Shown piece after piece: positions 37,801 to 49,309 of a DNA stretch of 64,000 bases. How positions within the stretch are numbered: the stretch's first letter is position 1; each line of letters opens with the position of its first letter. Source of the DNA: Nemertoderma westbladi (lineage: Eukaryota > Animalia > Xenacoelomorpha); contig JAUCBJ010006969.1 of the NCBI GenBank assembly GCA_032718475.1, positions 18,262 through 82,261 on the forward strand, written 5' to 3'. The notes below the pieces were generated by a model. That model saw nothing but the letters and a program-made list of their open reading frames with translations. It was not told the origin of the DNA and did not search any database. The position numbers and the translations under genes are program-made.

Positions 37801-39880
37801 ACCCGCTAGCCGAGCCCCGACCAACATGGCCCGTACTCTAGAGGGTTCCCATCTATATATATCTATTCAACCCGCTAGCGGAGCCCCGACCAACATGGCC
37901 CGTACTCTAGAGGGTTCAACCCGCTAGCCGAGCCCCAACCAACATGGCCCGTACTCTAGAGGGTTCCCATCTATATATATATCTATTCAACCCGCTAGCC
38001 GAGCCCCGACCAACATGGCCCGTACTCTAGAGGGTTCCCATCTATATATATCTATTCAACCAGCTAGCGGAGCCCCGACCAACATGGCCCGTACTCTAGA
38101 GGGTTCAACCCGCTAGCCGAGCCCCGACCAACATGGCCCGTACTCTAGAGGGTTCCCATCTATATATATATCTATTCAACCCGCTAGCCGAGCCCCGACC
38201 AACATGGCCCGTACTCTAGAGGGTTCCCATCTATATATATTCTATTCAACCCGCTAGCCGAGCCCCGACCAACATGGCCCGTACTCTAGAGGGTTCCCAT
38301 CTATATATATCTATTCAACCCGCTAGCCGAGCCCCGACCAACATGGCCCGTACTCTAGAGGGTTCCCATCTATATATATCTATTCAACCCGCTAGCCGTG
38401 CCCCGACCAACATGGCCCATACTCTAGAGGGTTCAACCCGCTAGCCGAGCCCCAACCAACATGGCCCGTACTCTAGAGGGTTCCCATCTATATTATCTAT
38501 TCAACCCGCTAGCCGAGCCCCGACCAACATGGCCCGTACTCTAGAGGGTTCCCATCTATATATATCTATTCAACCAGCTAGCCGAGCCCCGACCAACATG
38601 GCCCGTACTCGAGAGGGTTCAACCCGCTAGCCGAGCCCCGACCAACATGGCCCGTACTCTAGAGGGTTCCCATCTATATATATTTATTCAACCCGCTAGC
38701 CGAGCCCCGACCAACATGGCCCGTACTCTAGAGGGTTCAACCCGCTAGCCGAGCCCCGACCAACATGGCCTGTACTCTAGAGAGTTCCCATCTATATATA
38801 TTTATTCAACCCGCTAGCCGAGCCCCGACCAACATGGCCTGTACTCTAGAGAGTTCCCATCTATATATATTTATTCAACCCGCTAGCCGAGCCCCGACCA
38901 ACATGGCCCATACTCTAGAGGGTTCCCATCTATATATATCTATTCAACCAGCTAGCCGAGTCCCGGCCAACATGGCCCATACTCTAGAATAAGGTTCAAC
39001 CCGCTAGCCATGCCCCGACTAACATGGCCCGTACTCTAGAGGGTTCAACCCGCTAGCCGAGCCCCGGCCAACATGGCCCATACTCTAGAATAAGGTTCAA
39101 CCCGCTAGCCATGCCCCGACTAACATGGCCCGTACTCTAGAGGGTTCAACCCGCTAGCCGAGCCCCGACCAACATGGCCCATACTCTAGAATAAGGTTCA
39201 ACCCGCTAGCCATGCCCCGACTAACATGGGCCCGTACTCTAGAGGGTTCAACCCGCTAGCCGAGCCCCGGCCAACATGGCCCATACTCTAGAATAAGGTT
39301 CAACCCGCTAGCCATGCCCCGACTAACATGGCCCGTACTCTAGAGGGTTCAACCCGCTAGCCGAGCCCCGACCAACATGGCCCATACTCTAGAATAAGGT
39401 TCAACCCGCTAGCCGAGCCCCGACTAACATGGCCCGTACTCTAGAGGGTTCAACCCGCTAGCCGAGCCCCGACCAACATGGCCTGTACTCTAGAGGGTTC
39501 CCATCTATATATATCTATTCAACCCGCTAGCCGAGTCCCGGCCAACATGGCCCATACTCTAGAATAAGGTTCAACCCGCTAGCCATGCCCCGACTAACAT
39601 GGCCCTTACTCTAGAGGGTTCCCATCTATATATATCTACTTAACCCGCTAGCCGAGCCCCGACCAACATGGCCCATACTCTAGAGGGTTCCCATCTATAT
39701 TATCTATTCAACCCGCTAGCTGCCCCGACCAACATGGCCCATACTCTAGAGGGTTCCCATCTATATATTTATATTCAACCAGCTAGCCGAGCCCCGGCCA
39801 ACATGGCCCGTACTCTAGAGGGTTCAACCCGCTAGCCATGCCCCGACTAACATGGGCCCGTACTCTAGAGGGTTCCCATC
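25888..39880. repeat. ~14-kb satellite of 49-bp and ~69-bp monomers
   Basis: Core TTCAACCCGCTAGCCGAGCCCCGACCAACATGGCCCGTACTCTAGAGGG, with an optional ~20-bp insert TTCCCATCTATATATATCTA. More than 200 units, head to tail. Confidence 0.98.
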
Positions 39881-39882
39881 TT

Positions 39883-40030
39883 CTTCACGAGGTGTGGAAT
39901 CGGAAACACTACGAAGAGCGGATTCGAGAGGTCGAATTGGCCACATCCACACTCCTTTAATCATGTCAGCGTTTGGGGGAATGTCGCCCACTTCGGTGCA
40001 GTTCTTTTAAGCGTCTCGCCCTTCTCATCG
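39883..40030 (+). pseudogene. Fragment of a CRE-like non-LTR retrotransposon RLE-endonuclease region
   Basis: Frameshifted translation HE...RKHYEERIREVELA..TPLIMSAFGGM...FF/KRLA resembles the YxxRVxEVExxxFTPLVFSxxGGMxxxxxxFxKRLA pattern I recall from CRE-clade ORFs. Confidence 0.6.
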
Positions 40031-40076
40031 TCATGCATCCTTGCTGTCAAAACTGTGAAATTCATAGTTTTTCAAG

Positions 40077-40352
40077 GGGTGACTACAAAACAAAGGCCCA
40101 AGAGCCGAATAATAAAGACCTGTACAAAGCACATCAGTTAACTTTCGTTTATTGTTTTGGTTCCCCAAACACGCCTCTGTAACCTGCTCCTTTACCAGCC
40201 TGCTCCTTTAAATGGCAATGGCACCTAACGCTGTTTGGGGTCCTTGGGTGACTTCAAAACAAAGACCAAAGACCCGATTAATAAAGACCTGTACAAAACA
40301 CATGAGTTATAACACATTATTTGGGTCTTGGATCTTTGTTTTGTAGTCACCC
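40077..40352. mobile_element. Short MITE-like element
   Basis: GGGTGACTACAAAACAAAG at 40077 and its reverse complement ending at ~40352, with an internal duplicate of the left end at ~40246. Confidence 0.6.
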
Positions 40353-41368
40353 GTGTTTCAAGCGCAAATACGTACATATTTTTATATGTAAACTAGTTAA
40401 CTAATATTAAATGAAACGGGAAGTGGCTTTACTCCCAGTGTGTGACGTGGAATGCGAATCCGCAGACAGTTGAGTTTCGCTCTGCTTCGTGCAGCACTGA
40501 TGTGGCAGTGTGGGTCTCGTTCGTCTCGAAAGCGGCCTATCCACGAGGTTGGGGAGGCCTCAATCTGTCAATAAGGCTCGCAAATGCCGAGGCGGACTCC
40601 GGCTCGTTGATAAGGGAAGCATGACTGCCGGTTACAGATGCATGACTTGTGACTTCCGGTTTCAGATGATACTTCTGGCAGAACTCAACACAAAATGACT
40701 ATAGTTTATTAAATCTAACTGGTTATGTGTTGATTAAATGTGCTACATAAAGGATAATTTTTACTGTATATGCAATATTATAGTGATAATTAATAGATAC
40801 CCAGGTGGACTGTAAAAAATTTATAGATGATATAGTAAAGAAATAATTTTTATTGGTATATACAGTATATATAATTATTCAATATTATTAACACACAATT
40901 ACAGTATATTTGTACACATGTATACATACAATTACAATTTAATAATTATTGTCTCAGGGAGAGGGGGGGGGGGGGGGGGGTGGGGCCAGGATTTTGTGTA
41001 AAGAAGCACCCCGAACGTTAGGGCCTAGAGCAGGCTATGGTGAGCATAATATCTGGAGGGGGGGGGGGGGGGGGGGGCAGAGCTGCCAAAAACATGGATC
41101 CAGGATGAGTTGATAGTTATGGGTACTGTATATAGTACTGTACTGTATTGTACTGGTTACTGTATATGCCTAGCGCCTTTGTAACTCTTTAAAACATTGG
41201 ATTGATTGCAAGTGTTTCATCGAAATATTATAAACAGTCCGAGCGCAGTCGTTTCGTCAAGGTCAATACAGATATAAATTTGTTTAATAATAAGTATAAA
41301 AATAACAATTATAACATTGTCAACATTTTCGGTAGTCTATGAAGTAGCCTATGGATGATGAGGCTGGA

Positions 41369-41863
41369 TCAAAAAATTCCATTGCTTCTATAGAATGAAT
41401 CTTTAATAATTCTTGAACGTCCAAACTTGGGCTTCTTTGGTTCCTTGTTCACTTCCACAATGTTCCACCCGTATTCTAAGTTCTTTGTCTGGGGGAACTC
41501 GTATTTATCTTCTGGATTCTTGTGCCTCCGAATATCCATGTAAGCGTACCTTCCGGTGCCTTCCTTAGAGAACCCCTCGTACAGCTGCGCTCGCACCGCC
41601 GGTGTAACCGGCTTCATATCGCACTTCGTAAGATCGACGTCCTCTGGGACTATTTCCTTTGGTTTAGGCGATTCAGGTTTCTCCTCGGGAACTACTTTCT
41701 GGGGTCTCGCCGTAAGTTTCGGTACGTCTGATACGTGTTTCGGACGTCGGATTTCGTCATCTTCTCTCGCGTATTCCGCTCCATATTTCTCCCGCCACTG
41801 CAGCCTTGTATAAGCTTCCTTCTCCACTAATTCTTTCCACGCGTTTTGTTTTGATGTATTCAT
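41369..41863 (-). CDS. SPMIP1: SPMIP1/ATP6V1FNB-like ciliary/sperm microtubule inner protein
   Basis: QNAWKELVEKE...W..KYG at the N-terminus; LYEGFSKEGTGRY.Y...R....PEDKY.FP....LEYGW; FGRSRIIKDSFYRSNG at the C-terminus. A short upstream exon cannot be excluded. Confidence 0.8.
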   Translation of the reverse strand: MNTSKQNAWKELVEKEAYTRLQWREKYGAEYAREDDEIRRPKHVSDVPKLTARPQKVVPEEKPESPKPKEIVPEDVDLTKCDMKPVTPAVRAQLYEGFSKEGTGRYAYMDIRRHKNPEDKYEFPQTKNLEYGWNIVEVNKEPKKPKFGRSRIIKDSFYRSNGIF

Positions 41864-43956
41864 CGTTACATTACCTAGTATATAGTTGCTTTACCCACAC
41901 CATAAGATATTTATAATATTTCTAAAGATTAAAAAACAAATCTAATAAGATAACTACAGTACAGTATGTGTAGACTTAACGACAATGTGAAACAATATAA
42001 AATTAAATTAAATCCTATCATTTTTGCTACAAAATGGATTTTAACAGCGAGCATCCGAGGGGTATTACTATCGGAATTAAATGATCCGAATATTTAAATA
42101 AATTGAATAAATTGAATAATTAAATAATACGCGTGGCTATATTTCGCGAGCGAAACGAGCAAGGGGGGTGAGGGAAGGACATCTTGCTACACAACTATTT
42201 AATTGAAACGTTAAGGAAGACACAACGGAAGAATTTAATAATTGAAACTACTAATGTACTATCCTTTGTTAATGTTATTGTTAAAGCTCTCAAAACATAG
42301 TTGATTTATTAATATAAATCATACAGCATGTAGAATGTAGGCGCGGTGCTGGGACTACTGTACGAATGTGGGTAACTTTAGCTACAGTGCAACGTTATGA
42401 TACTTCACACATACTGTTTATATTATCTCTTGGCAACCGGAATTATATTGCAATGGATAGTAAATTATCGCAATAATAATCACCATTAATTTAATATAAT
42501 CTGCTATCAAGGCCATCATAATAATATTAGGTTGGCCTCGCCCTCAGTGCTATACTGAAACTATTATCCTGCTATCCGTTATAATGTTTTAATGTTTTCC
42601 TAATAAATTAGTGTTAGGGGGGCCTAATGTACTTATTAAGGTTATTTTAATGTTTCGCATTGTTATGTCCATAAGCAAGACACTTTAAATATTAGTGCTT
42701 ACACAAACTCAGCGGTACAATAATGAGGCATGACTTCTACTTCTGCTAGGAGAGTAAGAAAAGTGTTGGATAGTTGTGGTGACTACACCCTTGGGAGTAA
42801 GTGTCGCGCCCCCCTGCCTTACAGATAATGGACAAGGGAGAGGAAGGTGTTTTTGGGTTGCTAAGGTGTTAAAGTGATTCGCCACGTTCACCGTTAACTA
42901 TCGGCATGCTGTATTACAGCTGCATTAAATATATCAAATATATATTAAGAATGCTGTATCGGCTTGTTTACAAAATTGCGCCGCCTGCCACAACTCTCCA
43001 TCAGCCCTGACTATTGCTAGATCAAACGCATCTTCAAGGCCAGTTTCCTTTAGGAGGCGTTCCAAGAAAGTCTAGGCTGCCCACCATGTTTATTCACTTT
43101 ATGAGGCCAAAGCACAAGATTATGGACAGGGTGGTACTTACGGCGAAAACAATGTCCTGCAAAGCGGAGGAGTCCCCGTTCAAGAGTCAAGCTTGGGGAG
43201 ACTAATGAAACCTTATTTCCAATTGGAGTGCTGTTTCGGGTGAAATTGGCCTACTGTATATACTTAATTTCGCGAAATGTTAATTAGTTATTAAACTTTT
43301 AAGAAACCTTTTAAGTGAAAAGATCACGTTGTTTTGGTGGCCATTTCTAAACAAAATTATAAACTGAATTTAGAAACTTGGAATAATACTGAACTGAATT
43401 TCAATAAATTCAATTAGATAGAGCAAAACTTAACTGAAGCCAGTGTGATTGACGACTTTCTTTTATTGTTTTGGTTAGAATAACGCTCAACTGTAATAGA
43501 CCAATGTGAAGAATACAATACCAGGTTTTCACCAAAAATACAGGTTACAGAAGGGCTGAATCTAACCAAAACAATAAACGAATTAGTATCTGTACAGCAG
43601 GTTATAAGATAGAAAAAAGCGCTATAAAACACTTAGTAAGGATAAATAAAAAAAATATGGCGACCACCACATTATCTGTAAGAAAGACTTTTCACAACCC
43701 GAACGTTAGTTGCTTGGGTCATATTTGTCACTTTGTGGTAACCCCGCTGCATTCTTTGATTCAAGGATTAAATTACGCCTTGCCTACCACATTGGGGTCT
43801 TGTAAGAAAAACACCAAACAAACCACTACTGCATGAGTGTGGGCTCGAATCAAGTGATCATTATGAATAGTGGATCCCACTTGGGGATGGATCGCATCAT
43901 GATAATGCATCCGCAAGTGGACTCCTCAGTAGTCTACACTCTACAAGTCCCAGTTT

Positions 43957-44949
43957 CATAGCGTAGGCTAGGCTACTCTATTAAAGGCTTTGCAAGCGTG
44001 CAGCCTTCATAAATTATGGCGGCTGGATTATAACCGGTAGCGTACTGCTGTACTGTGTGTGTGCAGGGATGCGGAGAGTTCTATAAATTTCATTTGTTGA
44101 AATTTGGTTAATGGACAGAATTGAAGCCTCCTCGTTTTAAGCAGGATACTAAATTTTATGGTAGATAGTGTTTTAGGTAGGTTTAGCTAGTAATTTCAAC
44201 ACTGGTTCCGATATCCTACTTCCTTCTATAAATATTTTATAGTAGCTAGTTCTTATTTCTATTTGTATAGGAAATGTTCCAGAACATGTTAGCTATTCAT
44301 TTTTTAAAAAAATATGTAAAAAAAATATAAAAAATAATACAACAAATATTTTGTGTTCTAGAACATTTTTTAGAAAAAATCTGGATTCGATTTAAAACGC
44401 ATGGAATCGTCCTAAAACGTGTTTAAGATCAATAAAAAAAAATAGCGAAAAAAGAATTTGTGAAAAAATTTAATTGAAAAAAAAACTTTGAAAATTGTTT
44501 TTTCTTGATTTTAAACACGTTTTAGAACGATTCCATGCGTTTTAAATCGAATCCAGATTTTTTACAAAAAAATGTTCTAGAACAAAAAATATTTGTTCTC
44601 GAATAGTTAACATGTTCTGGAACATTTTCTATAGAAATAGAAATAAGAACTAGCTACTATAAAATATTTATAGAAGGAAGTACATTACTGTAGGATATCG
44701 GAACCAGTGTTGAAATTACTAGCTAAACCTACCTAAAACACTAGCTACCATAAAATTTAGTATATTACTTATAACAAGGAGGCTTCAATTACGTCCATTA
44801 ACCAAATTGCAACAAATGAAAATTTATAGAACTCTCCCACTCCCCATGCCTGCACACACACAGTACAGTAGTACGCTACCGGTTATAATCCAGCCTCCAT
44901 AAATTATGAAGGCTGCACGCTTGAAAGACCTTTAATAGAGTACGCTATG
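43957..44949. mobile_element. Non-autonomous fold-back element, P/Galileo-like
   Basis: ~480-bp near-perfect inverted arms, termini CATAGCGTA...TACGCTATG, 8-bp TSD CCCAGTTT (43949-43956, 44950-44957). Confidence 0.85.
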
Positions 44950-45315
44950 CCCAGTTTACTATATTTTCTATACAGTTCGACAGCCAGACAGCCTAGCCTA
45001 CCTGCAGACCTGAGACCTGTCGAGGATGTTAGTATTTTCGCAGTCGGTGTTGAGTTACGGTAAAGGAAAATTTCAATTTGAAAAATCAATAAATTTATAT
45101 TGCGTATTGCTTGATTCAGTGATTGTTGATAGGCCTATATATGGACTACAACTGGACGGACAGCTGGACTATGCTCAGATCGAGACAGCCAGATGCTTGT
45201 TCGTTGTAATGTTTGATGTTGTACCGGTATGATATGACAGTATGATGGTGACATAGAAAGCCTACTCTGTAATTACAAAAGAAAAAAGTTGAGACAAAAA
45301 TTCATCATTATCATT

Positions 45316-46521
45316 ATGATTGGATGGTTTAGAATAACTATTCGATTTATTTTAAATCGCACTATAGGTTGGCGCGCCACAGCCTTCCTATCAACCCTTA
45401 TTTGCCGCGCTTTCAGTGGCACATTCTCCGCCGCCACAACATTTCTCTTCATTCTGTGGCTCTCTGTGTTTCTCTACACGTCTCTCTATTACGCTTTCGT
45501 TCCCGTCGCTCTTATAGTATCGCCTATCCACTTCCATTTCGATTCCGACTGCCGCACCCCAGAATCTCCCCATCGTTTGTGCAGCTTCCCTTCTGCTTAC
45601 ATCCCCCTCACCCAGGGAATCCAACAGCAGAGACTATTGATGCGCGGCCAGCCGTACTCCGTAAACGTAGAACTAGAAGCCCCGTTATCGAGTGTCAACA
45701 GAAAACTCGGAATGTTTATGGTCCATCTCGAGTTTTATTCCGGGTCGGATTTGGTACCGGAACGAGATCGCCCTGTGCAACAGTCATCCCGCCCGACTCT
45801 TTTCCAGTTTCGTAGCGATACGGTGACCTCAAGCTGGACTTTACTTTGGTTGCCATGGTTTCTAGCGGGGTCCGCAGACGAACGACAGACCCTATCTGTA
45901 ACTATGTTCGAGGATTTTCAGGACTTGGCTTATAATCCCGCCAAGGAGGCTTTCGTAGAACTACGGACTAGAGACATCGAGGTTTATTCCTCGCGACTGT
46001 TAATCCAAGCTAAACTATCTGGTCTCCGCTACTTCATGCACAGCTACCCCGTGGTCTCGGCTGCGTTAGGAATCTGGTTGAATTTCTGCGGGTTTTGTTT
46101 GGTTCTATCGGTGACTTGGTACCAGTTCGCGGGTTACTCCGAGCCGCCGGAGTTCATAACCTCCGGTGATCCGCAGACGAGCGGGTCGCTGACCCCATCG
46201 GAGACTCCAAGCGGATCGGATAGGGGCGTGGGAAGGAGGGGACTGGCGGACTCCCGGAGGGGGCTGGGGGGTACAAGCACCTCGCCGAGGGGGCTGGCCG
46301 CAATAGTAATGCGTCGTTATGAGGGATTACCTCGTCGCGAGAGTCTGGAAGGCAGCGTTGCTGACAGCACGGCGACTCTGGAGGATGTCACCGACGCCCC
46401 GAGCTCTGGGGGGTCCCAGAGTGACTACCAGACCGTATCGGAGACGCCGTACCCACAGAGTTCTACCTCAGACCCACAGAGTTCCGCTTACCTAACGCAC
46501 AGACACCCTGCAACTAATTGA
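45316..46521 (+). CDS. BSCL2: Seipin, intronless
   Basis: TM1, then PIHFHF..C....LCSFP.A, LMRGQPYSV.VELE.P.S.VN..LGMFMV, IEVYS..L.I.A.LSGLRYFM..YPV.SA, then TM2 and a disordered tail. Confidence 0.95.
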   Translation: MIGWFRITIRFILNRTIGWRATAFLSTLICRAFSGTFSAATTFLFILWLSVFLYTSLYYAFVPVALIVSPIHFHFDSDCRTPESPHRLCSFPSAYIPLTQGIQQQRLLMRGQPYSVNVELEAPLSSVNRKLGMFMVHLEFYSGSDLVPERDRPVQQSSRPTLFQFRSDTVTSSWTLLWLPWFLAGSADERQTLSVTMFEDFQDLAYNPAKEAFVELRTRDIEVYSSRLLIQAKLSGLRYFMHSYPVVSAALGIWLNFCGFCLVLSVTWYQFAGYSEPPEFITSGDPQTSGSLTPSETPSGSDRGVGRRGLADSRRGLGGTSTSPRGLAAIVMRRYEGLPRRESLEGSVADSTATLEDVTDAPSSGGSQSDYQTVSETPYPQSSTSDPQSSAYLTHRHPATN

Positions 46522-47262
46522 CTTTGCCTCGTTTAATAATCTATTTATTATCGATTTGCAGTAAATCTATTTATTATTGACAATATACGTTGCTGTTACC
46601 ATTTGATTTATTACTGATGTAAACCCGAACTGTCCGCTCTGGCAACTCTTTTGAACCGATAAAATGTGTCTGTATTTCTCTATTTTGGCCTTTCCGAGGA
46701 TATTTAAATCATGTATTAAATCATTCAATCAATCATTTAATCAATCAATCAATGCCTTTTTTTATTAAAAATACGTTTTATGGTTGTTCTTCAAATCTCG
46801 ATGAATTTCAAAACAAGTTATTGTTGTAATGAGGTTACGATTATGCAGTTTACGATCGACCCGTTTCTATTGAATTCTAATTAACTCGATGTTGAAATAC
46901 AACAAGTACTTTTTGCACACGATTTCGTTTCATTATAAGTATATTTTACTTAATTCCAAGAAGCTTATTGATTCCCAATTATTAGTTTTTTAGATTTAAG
47001 TTGGTTATGCGTGAAGCCGGTGTTATGGTGTAATAGTAGATCTTCTAATTAGAAACCATTTAATTTTAATAAATTTGTCCGGTAAAGTCCGTATATATAA
47101 TAATGGCTTTTATTTTACTTTTATGTTTTACTTTATAACATGATAGACATATCCTAGTTGGCATGAGGCCAAGTTTAATTCCATGTGAATATCATCCGTA
47201 GTTTTAGTAAAACTGCGAGTTGTTCTTTGAAACCGAAATTATTTATCACATTTTGTTATGTA

Positions 47263-48597
47263 ATGAAGGATATTTACATCGAACCTAAACGTAAGCGTGT
47301 TTTCGATCCGTTACCATGGACACCGTTACCGATAGAGGTGGGAGCCAACCCTGGAGTTCTATTAATATTCGGCCGACTATCCGCTGATACAGTGTTGGTC
47401 AGTGACCCATACGACGTGGATTATTTGTCCAACAACGGCTGTTTCGGCGTAAAACTACCCCGAGCGGTGAAGATTCGAAGAAACACGCACACAATGGTTG
47501 CGAACGAAACGGTGAAAGACTGGGGTGCAACGACTGGTAACGCCGACGCAACCGGTTCGGTAACGGAGACTGATTTACAAGGAATATCGAAACGGATTGG
47601 AACGCGAGAAGAACGTTATACTTCCGTTCCTGGCGTTACTTCTGATAGCAGCGAAGCCGGTACGCCTAATAATGGACATTCAGTATATAGTAATAGTTTC
47701 AATGTTGTCTTTGACAACGCTGATGATTGGCTGAAGAATGAACTCTTTGATACCATTCCAAATCGGGTATCTGAGTCTACAGAAACAGAAGTTGTACAAA
47801 ATGCCAAAGGCAATTCTAGGCCATCTGAGAAACAGGAAACATTGAGCAATGTTGTGGAAGATGAAGTAATGTCTGACGCAGTAAGCGATATTCTAGAAAC
47901 AATCACTAATAATAGCGACTGTCATCGTAATAATGATATATCCGGTTCCGAATTACTCAGTGGCGATAATTTGGTAACTTCCGTTAATTCCGGAATATTA
48001 CAAACTCAGGATTTACACTCTATTCCTGTAGAGGTTTCTAGGGTTCCTGCGAATAGTTCGGAAGACTCACAGTTCGAGTATCTCGAGTTGAGTCTCATAG
48101 AGGCGATGTTCCTCTGCTACGCTCTGGGTATGTTCTGGGTTCGTGTGGAGGGCGTTGTCCTCTCGGTTAATCAACTCTGGGCCGTCGGTCTGGGTGGGTC
48201 CACAGACTTCCCCGGCGACTACTTCGTGTACCATCACTTCCGCGCCAAGGGTTGGACCGTCAGAAACGGCTCCAGATACGGCGCCGACTACCTCCTGTAT
48301 AAAAAGGGACCTCATTTCTACCACGCCTCTTACTGTGTGTTTGTGGAACACGTTAATAAGGAGTCAATGCGGTGCCTTAACGGTAGAGGGTGCACGGATT
48401 GGAGGTTGATGGTGGCTCGGTGTCGCGTTGTAGAGAACGTTAGCAAGGCTATGCTGGTTTGTTATGTACTCCATCCCAACGACATTGATTACAATCACCC
48501 GAACTGTCTGAAGGAACTAGAAATCCAAGAGATTATTATTCGTCGTTTTGTTCCCAATAAAAACAGGGAGAGTTTTGTTGTGGAGGAAAATACCTAA
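47263..48597 (+). CDS. TSEN2: tRNA-splicing endonuclease subunit Sen2, intronless
   Basis: PKRKR N-terminus, low-complexity insert, EYLELSLIEAMFLCYALG, YHHFRAKGWTVRNGSRYGADYLLYKKGPHFYHASY; the Y/H/K catalytic triad is present. Confidence 0.93.
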   Translation: MKDIYIEPKRKRVFDPLPWTPLPIEVGANPGVLLIFGRLSADTVLVSDPYDVDYLSNNGCFGVKLPRAVKIRRNTHTMVANETVKDWGATTGNADATGSVTETDLQGISKRIGTREERYTSVPGVTSDSSEAGTPNNGHSVYSNSFNVVFDNADDWLKNELFDTIPNRVSESTETEVVQNAKGNSRPSEKQETLSNVVEDEVMSDAVSDILETITNNSDCHRNNDISGSELLSGDNLVTSVNSGILQTQDLHSIPVEVSRVPANSSEDSQFEYLELSLIEAMFLCYALGMFWVRVEGVVLSVNQLWAVGLGGSTDFPGDYFVYHHFRAKGWTVRNGSRYGADYLLYKKGPHFYHASYCVFVEHVNKESMRCLNGRGCTDWRLMVARCRVVENVSKAMLVCYVLHPNDIDYNHPNCLKELEIQEIIIRRFVPNKNRESFVVEENT

Positions 48598-49309
48598 CTA
48601 ACTAACTTCTGTTATTTGAAATATGTTGTATTCTTACCTTTTAACAGATGATTATTTCTGTAATTTTATTAATTTGGAAAAGTCTTTGGAAAATATTTCT
48701 TGGCTAAATATCAATTCAATTTTGAAGAGTATCAGTTTGCCGTACCATAACTTATCTTGAAGAGTGGTGATTTTGATAGAAACTGAAACTATTCTACCGT
48801 CTTTCAATTTATCAGAATCACTGATGAATTACTCTTTATTTATTGTCATTGTTATTTAATTACTCAACGGGGGGGGGGGGGGGGGGGGGGCTTCTAGACT
48901 CAATCACCATATCGCGAATTATTATATCGTTTCATTGAATTAATAATATTTAACTATCAATTTAGGGAAAAGGTCATTTTACAGTGCCACGTTATTCTAT
49001 CCAAAACTTTAAACGAAATTCAATAGCGCAGTTTACAGTTTAGTTTTACTGGTATCAGCTGTTATTTGCGTCGATTTTAATCTGGAAAAGCATGAATGAA
49101 CTTTAAATATTTCAATAATGTAATTTATGACTATTTCCTCCAAAAACTGTGACTGCCCTTGAAGTCATTATCACTCTCCTTATTCCAGACAAAATGCGCT
49201 CCACCAATAACTTATGATAAAAACCGATTATAGTTACAACATAAGTTACTGTAATATTGTTTAAATATAATACGTCAATGTACATAGTGACCGATAGACA
49301 GTTATCTAT

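Noticed and set aside
25888-39880. MARTLEGSHLY... ORFs, a CRISPR array, or an SL-RNA/5S gene array
   Set aside because: ORFs come from runs of 69-bp units. The inserts are near-identical, not spacers. No Sm site, SL donor or 5S similarity was recognised.
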